From a virus (taxonomy: Duplodnaviria > Caudoviricetes), in IMG/VR virus record IMGVR_UViG_3300035138_000049, positions 1-51,505 of that record: a stretch of 51,505 nucleotides of DNA; one strand, written 5' to 3'. The position numbers and the translations under genes are program-made. Numbering within the stretch: the stretch's first letter is position 1; each line of letters starts with the position of its first letter. A model generated the notes under the pieces. That model did not search any database. It saw nothing but the letters and a program-made list of their open reading frames with translations, and was not told the origin of the DNA. This document shows, in pieces, positions 36,967-45,017 of the stretch.

Positions 36967-37711
36967 TCCCCACCCCATCCCGCCGCTTACACGCCCGCTC
37001 GTGACTGGCGCGTCCCTGCGGCGAGTCGAACACCTGGCCACAGTATTGGCATGTCAGGCTAGCCTCAAGCTCGCCTACCCTGGCTTCCAAGTCGTTCGCC
37101 CTGGCCCGCTCTTCGTGTACCTTGGTCGTAAGCTCTCGCTGCTTAGAGTTGGCCTCGGTTACCCTAGCCTCTAGTTCGGCAACCCTAGCCTGTTCCTGTC
37201 TCAGGCTAGCCTCGGCCTTGCTTAGGCTAGCCTCCATCTTGGATACCTCTAGGTTATCCCTACCCTCACCCTGGCTCACCCTAGACCCGCGCAAGTCCGA
37301 GCTAGAGTACTGCAAGCTCCTGGCAAAGGCTACCATGCCCCCTACCATGACCGGGGCTAGGGTGACAATGGCGGTCCATAGGATGAGCCACCCACCCGGC
37401 AGCACCTCCCTCGTTTCTAGCCCGCGCTGCACCGCGACCATCGGCGGCGTCATGATGATGGGGGCAAGCGCGATCTGTACGATGACCATACGGGCCAGCC
37501 AGCCGAGCCGGGCGGGCGGGCTGCCGGCGCGGCGCTTGAGCATCCCCCACGTCTCGACGCAGTAGAACGCGCCACCGGCCAACAGTACGCCCATGCCCAG
37601 GGCGACCACGGCGTTATGGTCGGGCAGCGTGCTTTGATAGCGCGGTATCTCGATGAGAAACAACGCGGCGATGAGGAACAGCCCTAGCCGGTCGTGCCAT
37701 TTGCGGTTCAT
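36956..37711 (-). CDS. Four-TM membrane protein with coiled coil and C-terminal Zn finger
   Basis: Four hydrophobic helices; CQYC..SPQGRASHERAC. Confidence 0.75.
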   Translation of the reverse strand: MNRKWHDRLGLFLIAALFLIEIPRYQSTLPDHNAVVALGMGVLLAGGAFYCVETWGMLKRRAGSPPARLGWLARMVIVQIALAPIIMTPPMVAVQRGLETREVLPGGWLILWTAIVTLAPVMVGGMVAFARSLQYSSSDLRGSRVSQGEGRDNLEVSKMEASLSKAEASLRQEQARVAELEARVTEANSKQRELTTKVHEERARANDLEARVGELEASLTCQYCGQVFDSPQGRASHERACKRRDGVGNEN

Positions 37712-37735
37712 GTCGTAGCCTCCAGTTTCAGGATA

Positions 37736-37930
37736 TCACGGTTTTCGCGGGTTGTGGTTGAGTTGACTCAATCGTTGAATACGATTCCTGGCGCGCGTTT
37801 CGGCACCGCGACACCAACGACACCTATATATCCAAAGCTCGTGACCATAGGCCGACGAAAGTATTTCGTGGACATGGGCGGCTGACCCACCTCGCCCGCA
37901 CGAGCCGCATTTCCAATCAAGGTAGTTCAT
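37736..37930 (-). CDS. Small Zn-ribbon protein
   Basis: CGSC...CRWC; GAGGTG RBS. Confidence 0.5.
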   Translation of the reverse strand: MNYLDWKCGSCGRGGSAAHVHEILSSAYGHELWIYRCRWCRGAETRARNRIQRLSQLNHNPRKP

Positions 37931-37956
37931 CGTTCACCTCGTCTATGTTTGTTGTG

Positions 37957-38379
37957 TTAGATAGCTATTGCCTGCTCTAATTGCAAGACCTTGGCATAAT
38001 CGCCGTCTTCGTGCGCAACTTGCGCCTCGCGTTCATATCTCCATAGCGCTCGCTCGTATGCATCAATACTCAGCGGTTCCGTTCCGTGTGGCTTGTAGGC
38101 GTGTACACGCCAGAGATAATCCTCATAATCCGCCGACCAATTGCGACAGTGTGCGAAATACAAGTGGCCGCTATTTACGGTAATTCCTATCCCCATTCCG
38201 GCGAAAAGCCGCTCAAGTCGCCGCGAACTTGAGTAGGTCAATTTATCGAGCTGAATTGTTCTACCGCGCTCCATAAGCTCAATCTCTGCTGGTGTGTCGC
38301 CACCCAACACGGTTGACCGATATGCGATAGTTGTACCTTCTTTGAAACGCGCCTTGTTTTCGAAAAAACCGTGATCCAT
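37957..38379 (-). CDS. Hypothetical protein
   Basis: ATG just after the 37-bp element. Confidence 0.6.
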   Translation of the reverse strand: MDHGFFENKARFKEGTTIAYRSTVLGGDTPAEIELMERGRTIQLDKLTYSSSRRLERLFAGMGIGITVNSGHLYFAHCRNWSADYEDYLWRVHAYKPHGTEPLSIDAYERALWRYEREAQVAHEDGDYAKVLQLEQAIAI

Positions 38380-38388
38380 TGTCTTTAT

Positions 38389-38425
38389 CCTTTCGCCCCT
38401 TGGGGCAACTCAACACTAGTCTACT
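38389..38425 (-). repeat. 37-bp intercistronic element, copy 2
   Basis: 34/37 identical to 30373-30409. Confidence 0.85.
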
Positions 38426-38858
38426 AATCACCAATCGGCCACACATACGGCAGGCCCGCCGTTTCTGCCCACCCAAACCGATCATACCACGCCGCGTCCT
38501 TGCGCAGCAGGTTCGACCGGTGCGCGGCGTGAAACGCCTCGTTGCCCAACCACGAAGGGTTGGGACCGTGGTAGGATCGTCGCATAAAGAACTCCCCGGC
38601 TTTGTGCTCCAAGCGGCCACCACGCCGGCCCCCACGCCACCGCAGCCGCCACTCGACGTACAACGCGCGACCGTAGCGCACCAAGGCACTTTCGTGCCCC
38701 CGCCACATCTTGACGGCGGGATGGTTGGCCCAACCGTTCGACGCGCCAGTCAAGACATTGTGTATCTGCATCGCCTCGGTGATTTGCTTGTTGAGGCGGC
38801 GGTTGTCGAGACACTGCGCCGATAGCGTGAAGTTGGGGTAGGGGAGAAAAGTTTGCAT
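38424..38858 (-). CDS. Pyrimidine-dimer DNA glycosylase/MSMEG_6728-family protein
   Basis: MQTFLPY, LDNRRLNKQ..E, GWANHPAVKMWRG, HRSNLLRKD. Confidence 0.85.
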   Translation of the reverse strand: MQTFLPYPNFTLSAQCLDNRRLNKQITEAMQIHNVLTGASNGWANHPAVKMWRGHESALVRYGRALYVEWRLRWRGGRRGGRLEHKAGEFFMRRSYHGPNPSWLGNEAFHAAHRSNLLRKDAAWYDRFGWAETAGLPYVWPIGD

Positions 38859-39091
38859 TAGTCGTCCTCTTCGGCTTGCGTGGCATCCAAAAAGGACACC
38901 TCAAACGACCGCTGTGCATCAACCATCTCTTTGAAGTGGTCGATCAACCTGAAGTGCGACGGGTCAACGTAGGCGATAGCGCCGCCGAGGTCAAAGACCA
39001 GGAGTTCGTCGCCGGGTTGCCAGTCATTGTTGCGGCACATCTGTGCAGGCGCGGTAAGCTGATTATTCTTCTGGAGCTTGACGGTTTGCAT
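38858..39091 (-). CDS. AbrB/MazE-like DNA-binding protein
   Basis: VKLQKNNQLTAPAQMC...QPGDEL. Confidence 0.7.
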   Translation of the reverse strand: MQTVKLQKNNQLTAPAQMCRNNDWQPGDELLVFDLGGAIAYVDPSHFRLIDHFKEMVDAQRSFEVSFLDATQAEEDD

Positions 39092-39124
39092 GTGGCCTCC
39101 TTACGTACGTATATACGTATGGAT

Positions 39125-39154
39125 ATTATACACCTGAAACGAGCCACATGTCAA
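39125..39154 (-). promoter_or_regulatory. Sigma70-type promoter for the AbrB-glycosylase unit
   Basis: TTGACA-18-TATAAT; palindromic TACGTATATACGTA downstream. Confidence 0.75.
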
Positions 39155-39155
39155 G

Positions 39156-39368
39156 TCAACGGCAACCGCGCCGCCCCGCCTCCCGTTCCATCTTCGCCTT
39201 GCACCGCCCGCACACCGCCGCGCCATCCGGCAGCGCATCGACGACGCGCGCCCCGCTCGTTATCGGCAGACCGCACAACGGCGCGACCGCTTCGCCATCA
39301 TCAGCGGCGATGTGGTACACGTTGCGGTGGCGTGCGGTGGCGGTGGCGGTTTGGAGGTATTGGATCAT
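39156..39368 (-). CDS. Small Zn-binding hypothetical protein
   Basis: YH..PLCG..CGRC. Confidence 0.55.
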   Translation of the reverse strand: MIQYLQTATATARHRNVYHIAADDGEAVAPLCGLPITSGARVVDALPDGAAVCGRCKAKMEREAGRRGCR

Positions 39369-40354
39369 GGTTGTTCGCTACCCTCAAGCGTGGCCTCTAC
39401 AGACCACCCTAAATCTCGCGCCAGCAGCCGCCATGCAGTCGCAGCCACAGCCGGAACCTGCCCCTGTCCAGAGGCTCTAACCCGCTCCATCCTGGAGGCC
39501 ATCCCATCAACCAGTCTTGCCAGTCCGGGTTCAGTTGCCCACCATTCCCAGGGTTCATGCGGCCCTTCCTGCTCCCCGTCTTCAACAGCCTGCTCAGACC
39601 ATTGGTGTGCATCTTCTCTGCATCTGTCGCGAGCGGCGTCGGTAGCATTTCCCGCTCCCTGACCGCCTGGCCCAGGGTGGGGCCGGCCCCGTATCTCTCC
39701 CGACTCGCCCGACTGGTCGGTCTGTCGTCTTTGGTCGTTGGCGTCGGCCACACGCGCGACGGCTTCGCTTCCAAGCTGTCCTTGACCGCCGCCGGCAAGT
39801 CCCACCCGTGCGTCGCGGTAGCTTTCGCTTGCCCCCACAAACACGTTACGCGCGGCGTGGGCCACAACCCAGAGCCGGTCCCTCTGGTGATTGGCGCCAA
39901 CGGCGGAAGCCGGTATGCAATCCCACCGCACATCAAACCCGCCCTCGGCCAGGTCTCTTTGAACTCGTCCGTAATACCCATGACTGCCCCAAAGGAGCGC
40001 TGGTACGTTTTCCAAATAAACGTACTCTGGCTCGACCTCTCTAATGATGCGAATGGTGTCAGGCCAGAGGTTGCGTTCGTCGTCGCCGGCAAGCTGCTTT
40101 CCCGCCGCGCTAAACGGCTGGCACGGAAATCCCGCAGTGACGATATCCACTGATCCAGCCCAGGGACGCCCGTCGAATGTTCGGGCGTCGTCCCAAATGG
40201 GCGCGTCATCGAGGTATCCGTCCGCGATTCGCTGCTTGAGGACGGAGACGCAGTAGGCGTCGATTTCGACGTAGCAGGCCGTTCGCCATCCGAGCAGCCA
40301 TCGGGTGGCGAGTAATCCACCACCTGCGCCGGGAAATAGAGCCAACTCATACAC
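39365..40354 (-). CDS. C5-cytosine DNA methyltransferase, main polypeptide (motifs I-VIII and X)
   Basis: LFPGAGG, AGFPCQPFS, LENV, HQRDRLW, RVRASGQGQVP. Confidence 0.9.
   Translation of the reverse strand: MYELALFPGAGGGLLATRWLLGWRTACYVEIDAYCVSVLKQRIADGYLDDAPIWDDARTFDGRPWAGSVDIVTAGFPCQPFSAAGKQLAGDDERNLWPDTIRIIREVEPEYVYLENVPALLWGSHGYYGRVQRDLAEGGFDVRWDCIPASAVGANHQRDRLWVVAHAARNVFVGASESYRDARVGLAGGGQGQLGSEAVARVADANDQRRQTDQSGESGEIRGRPHPGPGGQGAGNATDAARDRCREDAHQWSEQAVEDGEQEGPHEPWEWWATEPGLARLVDGMASRMERVRASGQGQVPAVAATAWRLLARDLGWSVEATLEGSEQP
39409..40350 (-). CDS. Overlapping alternative-frame methyltransferase partner polypeptide (motif IX)
   Basis: 313-aa open frame within the MTase gene; three (W/L)PTP repeats; LNPDWQDWLMGWPPGW. 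Confidence 0.65.
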   Translation of the reverse strand: MSWLYFPAQVVDYSPPDGCSDGERPATSKSTPTASPSSSSESRTDTSMTRPFGTTPEHSTGVPGLDQWISSLRDFRASRLARRESSLPATTNATSGLTPFASLERSSQSTFIWKTYQRSFGAVMGITDEFKETWPRAGLMCGGIAYRLPPLAPITRGTGSGLWPTPRVTCLWGQAKATATHGWDLPAAVKDSLEAKPSRVWPTPTTKDDRPTSRASRERYGAGPTLGQAVREREMLPTPLATDAEKMHTNGLSRLLKTGSRKGRMNPGNGGQLNPDWQDWLMGWPPGWSGLEPLDRGRFRLWLRLHGGCWREI

Positions 40355-40416
40355 GTCTTACCTCCATCACATCACCCCCAACACCCTAAGCCACCACGCC
40401 GCGCCGCAGGGCGTCG

Positions 40417-40593
40417 TCACGGTCGATCATGGTACACCTCCGTTTGCAGCGCCTTCACCAGCCGTATCCGGTGCCCAACGAATGGACGTATCCGTTCCAG
40501 GCATTCGGCGCACATATAGACACGGTCGCCGTCGTGGTAGATGACAAGGCGCGTGGCGTCGTTGTGGCAGTTCTTGGTGGCGCAGGTGTTCAT
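40417..40593 (-). CDS. Small Zn-binding hypothetical protein
   Basis: CATKNC...CAEC; coupled. Confidence 0.5.
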   Translation of the reverse strand: MNTCATKNCHNDATRLVIYHDGDRVYMCAECLERIRPFVGHRIRLVKALQTEVYHDRP

Positions 40594-41738
40594 AGCATCA
40601 ACTCCTGAGTGACGAGTTTGCCATCGTCCGTAAGTGCGACGCGGTCCACCGGTTCGTTGCCCGTAGGCTCGTCGCCGTCCCACTTGTTCGGCCAGGTGCC
40701 GGCCGCGATCAACTCCCTGATGCGCGCCAACTCCTCGTCGTTGATCAGGTCCACACCGGCCCGCGCTTGGATATCCAGCACCCGCGCCAGCCCCATCTCG
40801 CGCGCTTCCATCGTCAGCGGCCCAAGCCGCTGCTGGTTTTTCGAATATTGGCCGTCTTTGCGCATCTCCCCGCCTGGTTTGCGGAGACGGTGCTGCGGCG
40901 CTTTCAGTTCGCGGTAGAGGGGCTTGAGTTCGAGCAGTGGGGCCAGGTGCGCCCACTCGTTGGTTTTCACCAGGCCCTCCAGCGCCGTATCCCTATCGAC
41001 GAGGTTGCAGCCGGCGCAGCCCGTGCGCACGTCCCCATCGCCGTAGACGGCCGCGATATCGGCCACGTCGAACCCGTGCTCGCCAAAATAGAGCCAGTCC
41101 CACACGTGGCAAAGCCGCCAGTGCAGGAGCGGGGCCAGCGTGTCGGCCACACTTTCGGGCGTTGCCTGCTGAAACCATCCCTGCCCACACTCGCCGCTGT
41201 CCTTCGAGCACGACAGCGCGATGCGCTGGTCCCGCGCAGCGCTTTCGCCCAATCTCACGCCGGTGAGCATCAGCAGCTTTTCGCCGGTGGCGTCGCGCAA
41301 GTCCTGCAACTCGCGCAGCATCGGCTCGACCTTGAGCTGCGGCGTACACCAGCGAAAGCGGTTTTTCGGCGGGGGCACGCCCCGGCCAAACATGTAGACG
41401 AAAAACCTATCATCCATCTCCGGCAGCACAACGTGCGCCTCAAGGCCCTGCCCGCGCAGTATATCCAGCAGTCGCATGGCCGACTGCTGGAGCGGCGGTA
41501 GTTCCATGCGCGTATCCGCATAAAGAACGGTGAGCGATTCTGGTGGGTCGATCTTGCCGACCTGGATCGCCCACGCCACGAGCGCGACTGTGGCCGTGCT
41601 GTCCTTGCCGCCGGAGTATGCGATTGCCCAGTGACGGTAGCGCTGGCCGTACTCCGCGACGCTGGCGAGGGACAGGTCGATGGCGTCGGTCAGCGTGAGG
41701 CGCTGATCTTCCCAAAGCGACGGCTGTCTCCCGTTCAC
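40590..41738 (-). CDS. PAPS reductase/DndC-like PP-loop protein
   Basis: AYSGGKDS, ADTRME, RWCTPQLK, GVRLGESAAR, RTGCAGC. Confidence 0.85.
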   Translation of the reverse strand: MNGRQPSLWEDQRLTLTDAIDLSLASVAEYGQRYRHWAIAYSGGKDSTATVALVAWAIQVGKIDPPESLTVLYADTRMELPPLQQSAMRLLDILRGQGLEAHVVLPEMDDRFFVYMFGRGVPPPKNRFRWCTPQLKVEPMLRELQDLRDATGEKLLMLTGVRLGESAARDQRIALSCSKDSGECGQGWFQQATPESVADTLAPLLHWRLCHVWDWLYFGEHGFDVADIAAVYGDGDVRTGCAGCNLVDRDTALEGLVKTNEWAHLAPLLELKPLYRELKAPQHRLRKPGGEMRKDGQYSKNQQRLGPLTMEAREMGLARVLDIQARAGVDLINDEELARIRELIAAGTWPNKWDGDEPTGNEPVDRVALTDDGKLVTQELML

Positions 41739-41986
41739 AAAAACGTCTCCTGTATCTCCTCCACCCTCAGCGCCGCGCGCATCTCCGGCTCGCTCTCCAT
41801 CGCGCCTAGCTCGTAGAGCAGGTCGAGCTTTTCGTGGGGATACGCCAGTTTGTCGAGCGCCTTCTCGACGAGCGGCCACAGGTCGGGGTAGCGGCCGGCG
41901 AGCTGGCCTGATGCGACGGCGATGTCGAGTTGATCCTGTAGGAATTCGGACGTTCGACGCCGTGCGATAACTGCATTACCGTTCAT
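41735..41986 (-). CDS. Hypothetical protein
   Basis: Coupled ORF. Confidence 0.55.
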   Translation of the reverse strand: MNGNAVIARRRTSEFLQDQLDIAVASGQLAGRYPDLWPLVEKALDKLAYPHEKLDLLYELGAMESEPEMRAALRVEEIQETFL

Positions 41987-42109
41987 CGCTTCGCCCCTTC
42001 TTCGTCCGGCAGTTGCCGAACATGAGGTGCTGCGCCAGGCGCTCGGCGGACAAGAAGCGCTTGAGGCAGAACGGGCAGAAGTAGCCCTTGCCGTTTCCCG
42101 TTGAAAGTT

Positions 42110-42604
42110 TCATCGCGCCACCTCCACAGTTGGGCACAGTACAGTGTTGAGGATTCTGTCGCCGTCATCGACGAGCGTTCCGCCATCATCCAGCCATCGG
42201 TGTAGCTCGTCTATGTCGTCTTCGGCGTACATGCGCAGTTTTCCGTAGCGCAGAAAGGCCCGAAAACGCCCACAGCCCCAATCTTGACCAACACGCGGCC
42301 ACTGGTTAAGCGGGACGGGCGTCTCGTCATAATGTGCGTCCAACCCCGGCCATTTGTCCGTTTCATAGTCGGGAACCTCGACCCAGTACCTGCCTGAAAA
42401 AATGTAGCCGTGTGTTGGCGGCAACCAGGGCGGTGGCTGAATGTCGAAATAGTCGAAATACCACGCCCTGGCAAGTTCGCCTTGCTTCGGGGTGCGGCGC
42501 GGATTTTTGAAACAGTATCGCTCGTGTTTCGTCGCCCCGCGCTCGGTGCGGTACAGCTTGCGGCAGTATTGGCACTCGTAGGCGTCAATTCTCTTTGGCG
42601 TCAT
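42110..42604 (-). CDS. Zn-finger hypothetical protein
   Basis: YECQYCRKLY...HERYCFKNP. Confidence 0.65.
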   Translation of the reverse strand: MTPKRIDAYECQYCRKLYRTERGATKHERYCFKNPRRTPKQGELARAWYFDYFDIQPPPWLPPTHGYIFSGRYWVEVPDYETDKWPGLDAHYDETPVPLNQWPRVGQDWGCGRFRAFLRYGKLRMYAEDDIDELHRWLDDGGTLVDDGDRILNTVLCPTVEVAR

Positions 42605-42927
42605 TTCACTCTCACCGAACCCTTCACGTTGGACACCTTGCGCACCGTCACCAGCCACTCGTACCCCGGCATGTCCAGCAGCTCGTCAAGCTGCTTTGCG
42701 TTGTAACTGGCGCGTTCGTATGGCGCGCACCACTGCGCGTAGCCGTTCGGGTCCTCCCACCGCTTGCCGGTCAGGTCCTCATATTCGGCGGCCAGGTTTT
42801 CGAGCTTCGCCCGCGCTTCGTCCATGCGCGGCTTCAGCTCGGCTTCTACGGCGTCAATCTGCGCCTTGCAATCGCGCACGACAGCGACCATCTCTGCTAT
42901 TTCGGTGTACAGTTCTTGCTCGGTCAT
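42601..42927 (-). CDS. Coiled-coil early protein (Gam/Gp157-like position)
   Basis: AAGGAG RBS; follows recombination gene. Confidence 0.55.
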   Translation of the reverse strand: MTEQELYTEIAEMVAVVRDCKAQIDAVEAELKPRMDEARAKLENLAAEYEDLTGKRWEDPNGYAQWCAPYERASYNAKQLDELLDMPGYEWLVTVRKVSNVKGSVRVK

Positions 42928-43033
42928 TGTTTTACTCCTTTTCTCCCCAACCCTGCCGCGCAGCCGTAGCCACGCGGCAGGGCGTCAAGAGGAGGCCCTG
43001 GGCCGGCGCGTTGCCGAACCCAGGACGCCCCCG

Positions 43034-44296
43034 CTAAAGTAGTTCGGGCTGACCGCTCTCTTCCGCCAGCTTACGGACAGCGCGCAGGTACACCATGATC
43101 CCGCGCGCCTCAACATTCTCGCACGACTCAGACAGCCACTTGGCATAGCCCCTGTCGTTGTCGGCAATGTCGCCCAACGTCTTGCCCTTGTTTTTACCGA
43201 ACCACATTTCGGTGTTGCGGTAGTCTTCCAGTTCATCGGGCAAGGGTTGCCACCCCGTCTCTTTGGCCCACTCGTAGAAATCGGGCCACACAAGCGGGGA
43301 CTCTTCGTCCCCACCTTGCGCGGGGGTTTCATCGGGTAACGTTTCGACTTCCCCCTTCCTGCTGTTCACAAGTTGCGCCTCTGGCGCGTCGATGGTCAGC
43401 GCCTTGATGATGCTGTCTACATCGTCGGATTTGGTGACCTCGCCGGCCGCTTCAGCCGCATTCAGTGCCGCCATCGCCTCGCGCATCTCGACGGCCAGCG
43501 CGTTGGCGACCGCCGCGACGGTTGCGCCCGGCCAGGACGTGGGCCGGGTAGCTTCAGGCGGCCCGGACTGCGCGGGAGCGGGTGCGCCGTTGCGCTTCGG
43601 CGGCACAGGCGGCGGCTCAAAGTCACCGTTTACGAAGTCTTCCATGTCCTGGGTAAAGAACTCGGACGCATTGACCGCGATCAGCACGGCGGCGACCAGG
43701 GCGCGCTTTTGCGCCATTTTGTCTACCGTGTTCAACTGGTCCGCGCGGTCGGGGTTTTCTACACGCCCAGTTTCCTGCTCGGTGATGCGCGTGTCGTTAG
43801 CGGCAAAGTTCGCGCCGCAGCCGCCGGTTTTCTCCCAGCAGTACCAGCCATCGTCGCGCTTGCTGCGCCGGATGTTCTCCGCGCCGCACTGTGGGCAGAC
43901 GCGGCCCGCGCGACGATAACGGTACTTGCTCTCATAGGAGTTGCACGAGCCGTTACCCGTGCCTACGAGCATCCCGCCGCGCGTGTACAATTCGCACTGG
44001 TACTGGAAATAGAACAGGCCCTTGTCGAAATCGACCACCTTGTCCAGGATGACGAACTTTGGGGTGAGCCGGAAAAACGTCGCCAACTTCTCCGCGCCTG
44101 GCTTGAGCAGTGTATTCTTGTCGGTGCCCGGCACCTTGCCGTAATCGATATTTTCGACAAGTACATTGCTGCTCACGAAGTCGTTTAGCGCCTGCCGCAT
44201 GGCCTGCGCCTCGTGCAGCGACATAATGGATGCCGCACCGAACCCCGTTGCCAATTCATCATTCACCTCTACAACCGCCAAACCCTTATCATTCAC
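43034..44296 (-). CDS. Putative DNA recombination/single-strand annealing protein
   Basis: DYGKVPGTDKNTLLKPGAEKL, Zn ribbon, NTVDKMAQKRALV..SEFFTQD, C-terminal FGKNKGKTL. Confidence 0.65.
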   Translation of the reverse strand: MNDKGLAVVEVNDELATGFGAASIMSLHEAQAMRQALNDFVSSNVLVENIDYGKVPGTDKNTLLKPGAEKLATFFRLTPKFVILDKVVDFDKGLFYFQYQCELYTRGGMLVGTGNGSCNSYESKYRYRRAGRVCPQCGAENIRRSKRDDGWYCWEKTGGCGANFAANDTRITEQETGRVENPDRADQLNTVDKMAQKRALVAAVLIAVNASEFFTQDMEDFVNGDFEPPPVPPKRNGAPAPAQSGPPEATRPTSWPGATVAAVANALAVEMREAMAALNAAEAAGEVTKSDDVDSIIKALTIDAPEAQLVNSRKGEVETLPDETPAQGGDEESPLVWPDFYEWAKETGWQPLPDELEDYRNTEMWFGKNKGKTLGDIADNDRGYAKWLSESCENVEARGIMVYLRAVRKLAEESGQPELL

Positions 44297-44319
44297 TGCT
44301 GCACCTCCTCTTGATGCAC

Positions 44320-44505
44320 CTAAGCCGCCACGGGCGCGGCAGCGTCGATATCGTCGTACACGAGCGTCCAGCCGTCGCGCAGCTCATACGGGCACTCGTC
44401 GTCGTCGTGCCGATCGAACCACGGGCGCGGGGCTGCCCACCACGGCTCGGCTTCCTGCACTTCGTTCTCGTCGGTCGGTTCGTCGTATCCGGTCAGCAAC
44501 ATCAA
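44320..44505 (-). CDS. Small acidic hypothetical protein
   Basis: AAGGGAG RBS. Confidence 0.5.
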   Translation of the reverse strand: MMLLTGYDEPTDENEVQEAEPWWAAPRPWFDRHDDDECPYELRDGWTLVYDDIDAAAPVAA

Positions 44506-44663
44506 TAACTCCCTTCGTTTCAGTCTCCCCCCCCACCCCCGGCGGCCAGCGGGGTAGTTGCCGGCCGCCTTAGGGAGGGTTGGAGAAGGTGGCGGACATA
44601 AGCCCGCCGCGCTGCCGTCGAACCGCGAAAGCAGACGCTCGACGGCATGACGGCGTTCTCATG

Positions 44664-45017
44664 CTATGCGCCCGTGGGCACGCCTGGCTCGCCAGGTACA
44701 GGCCGAGGCGGGCGTGGTTGCGGTTGGACGGGTGGGACCGGCAGCGCGAACCGCGCCACCAGGTCCTCGGCCTTCGCCATCTCCACGACCTCGTCGGTCG
44801 CCAGGTCGTAGAGTTCGTACCCAAGCGCCATCTCCATCCAGGAGCGGTAGCTCTCGAAGGGCGAGCCATACGCGGCGACGATCGCGCCGGCGTCGTCCCG
44901 CGCAATCCGAATATCGTGCGGCACGTCCGGCACGCTGCCTACCGGGCTGCTGAAGTACCGTTCGTCGGGGTCTTCGAAAATTACGGGCTTGTGATCAATG
45001 ATCATGGTGTTAGCCAT
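44664..45017 (-). CDS. Hypothetical protein
   Basis: GGAGG RBS. Confidence 0.6.
   Translation of the reverse strand: MANTMIIDHKPVIFEDPDERYFSSPVGSVPDVPHDIRIARDDAGAIVAAYGSPFESYRSWMEMALGYELYDLATDEVVEMAKAEDLVARFALPVPPVQPQPRPPRPVPGEPGVPTGA

Noticed and set aside
40590-41738. Complete phosphorothioation (dnd) system
   Set aside because: Only a DndC/PAPS-reductase-like gene is present; no dndA, B, D or E recognised.
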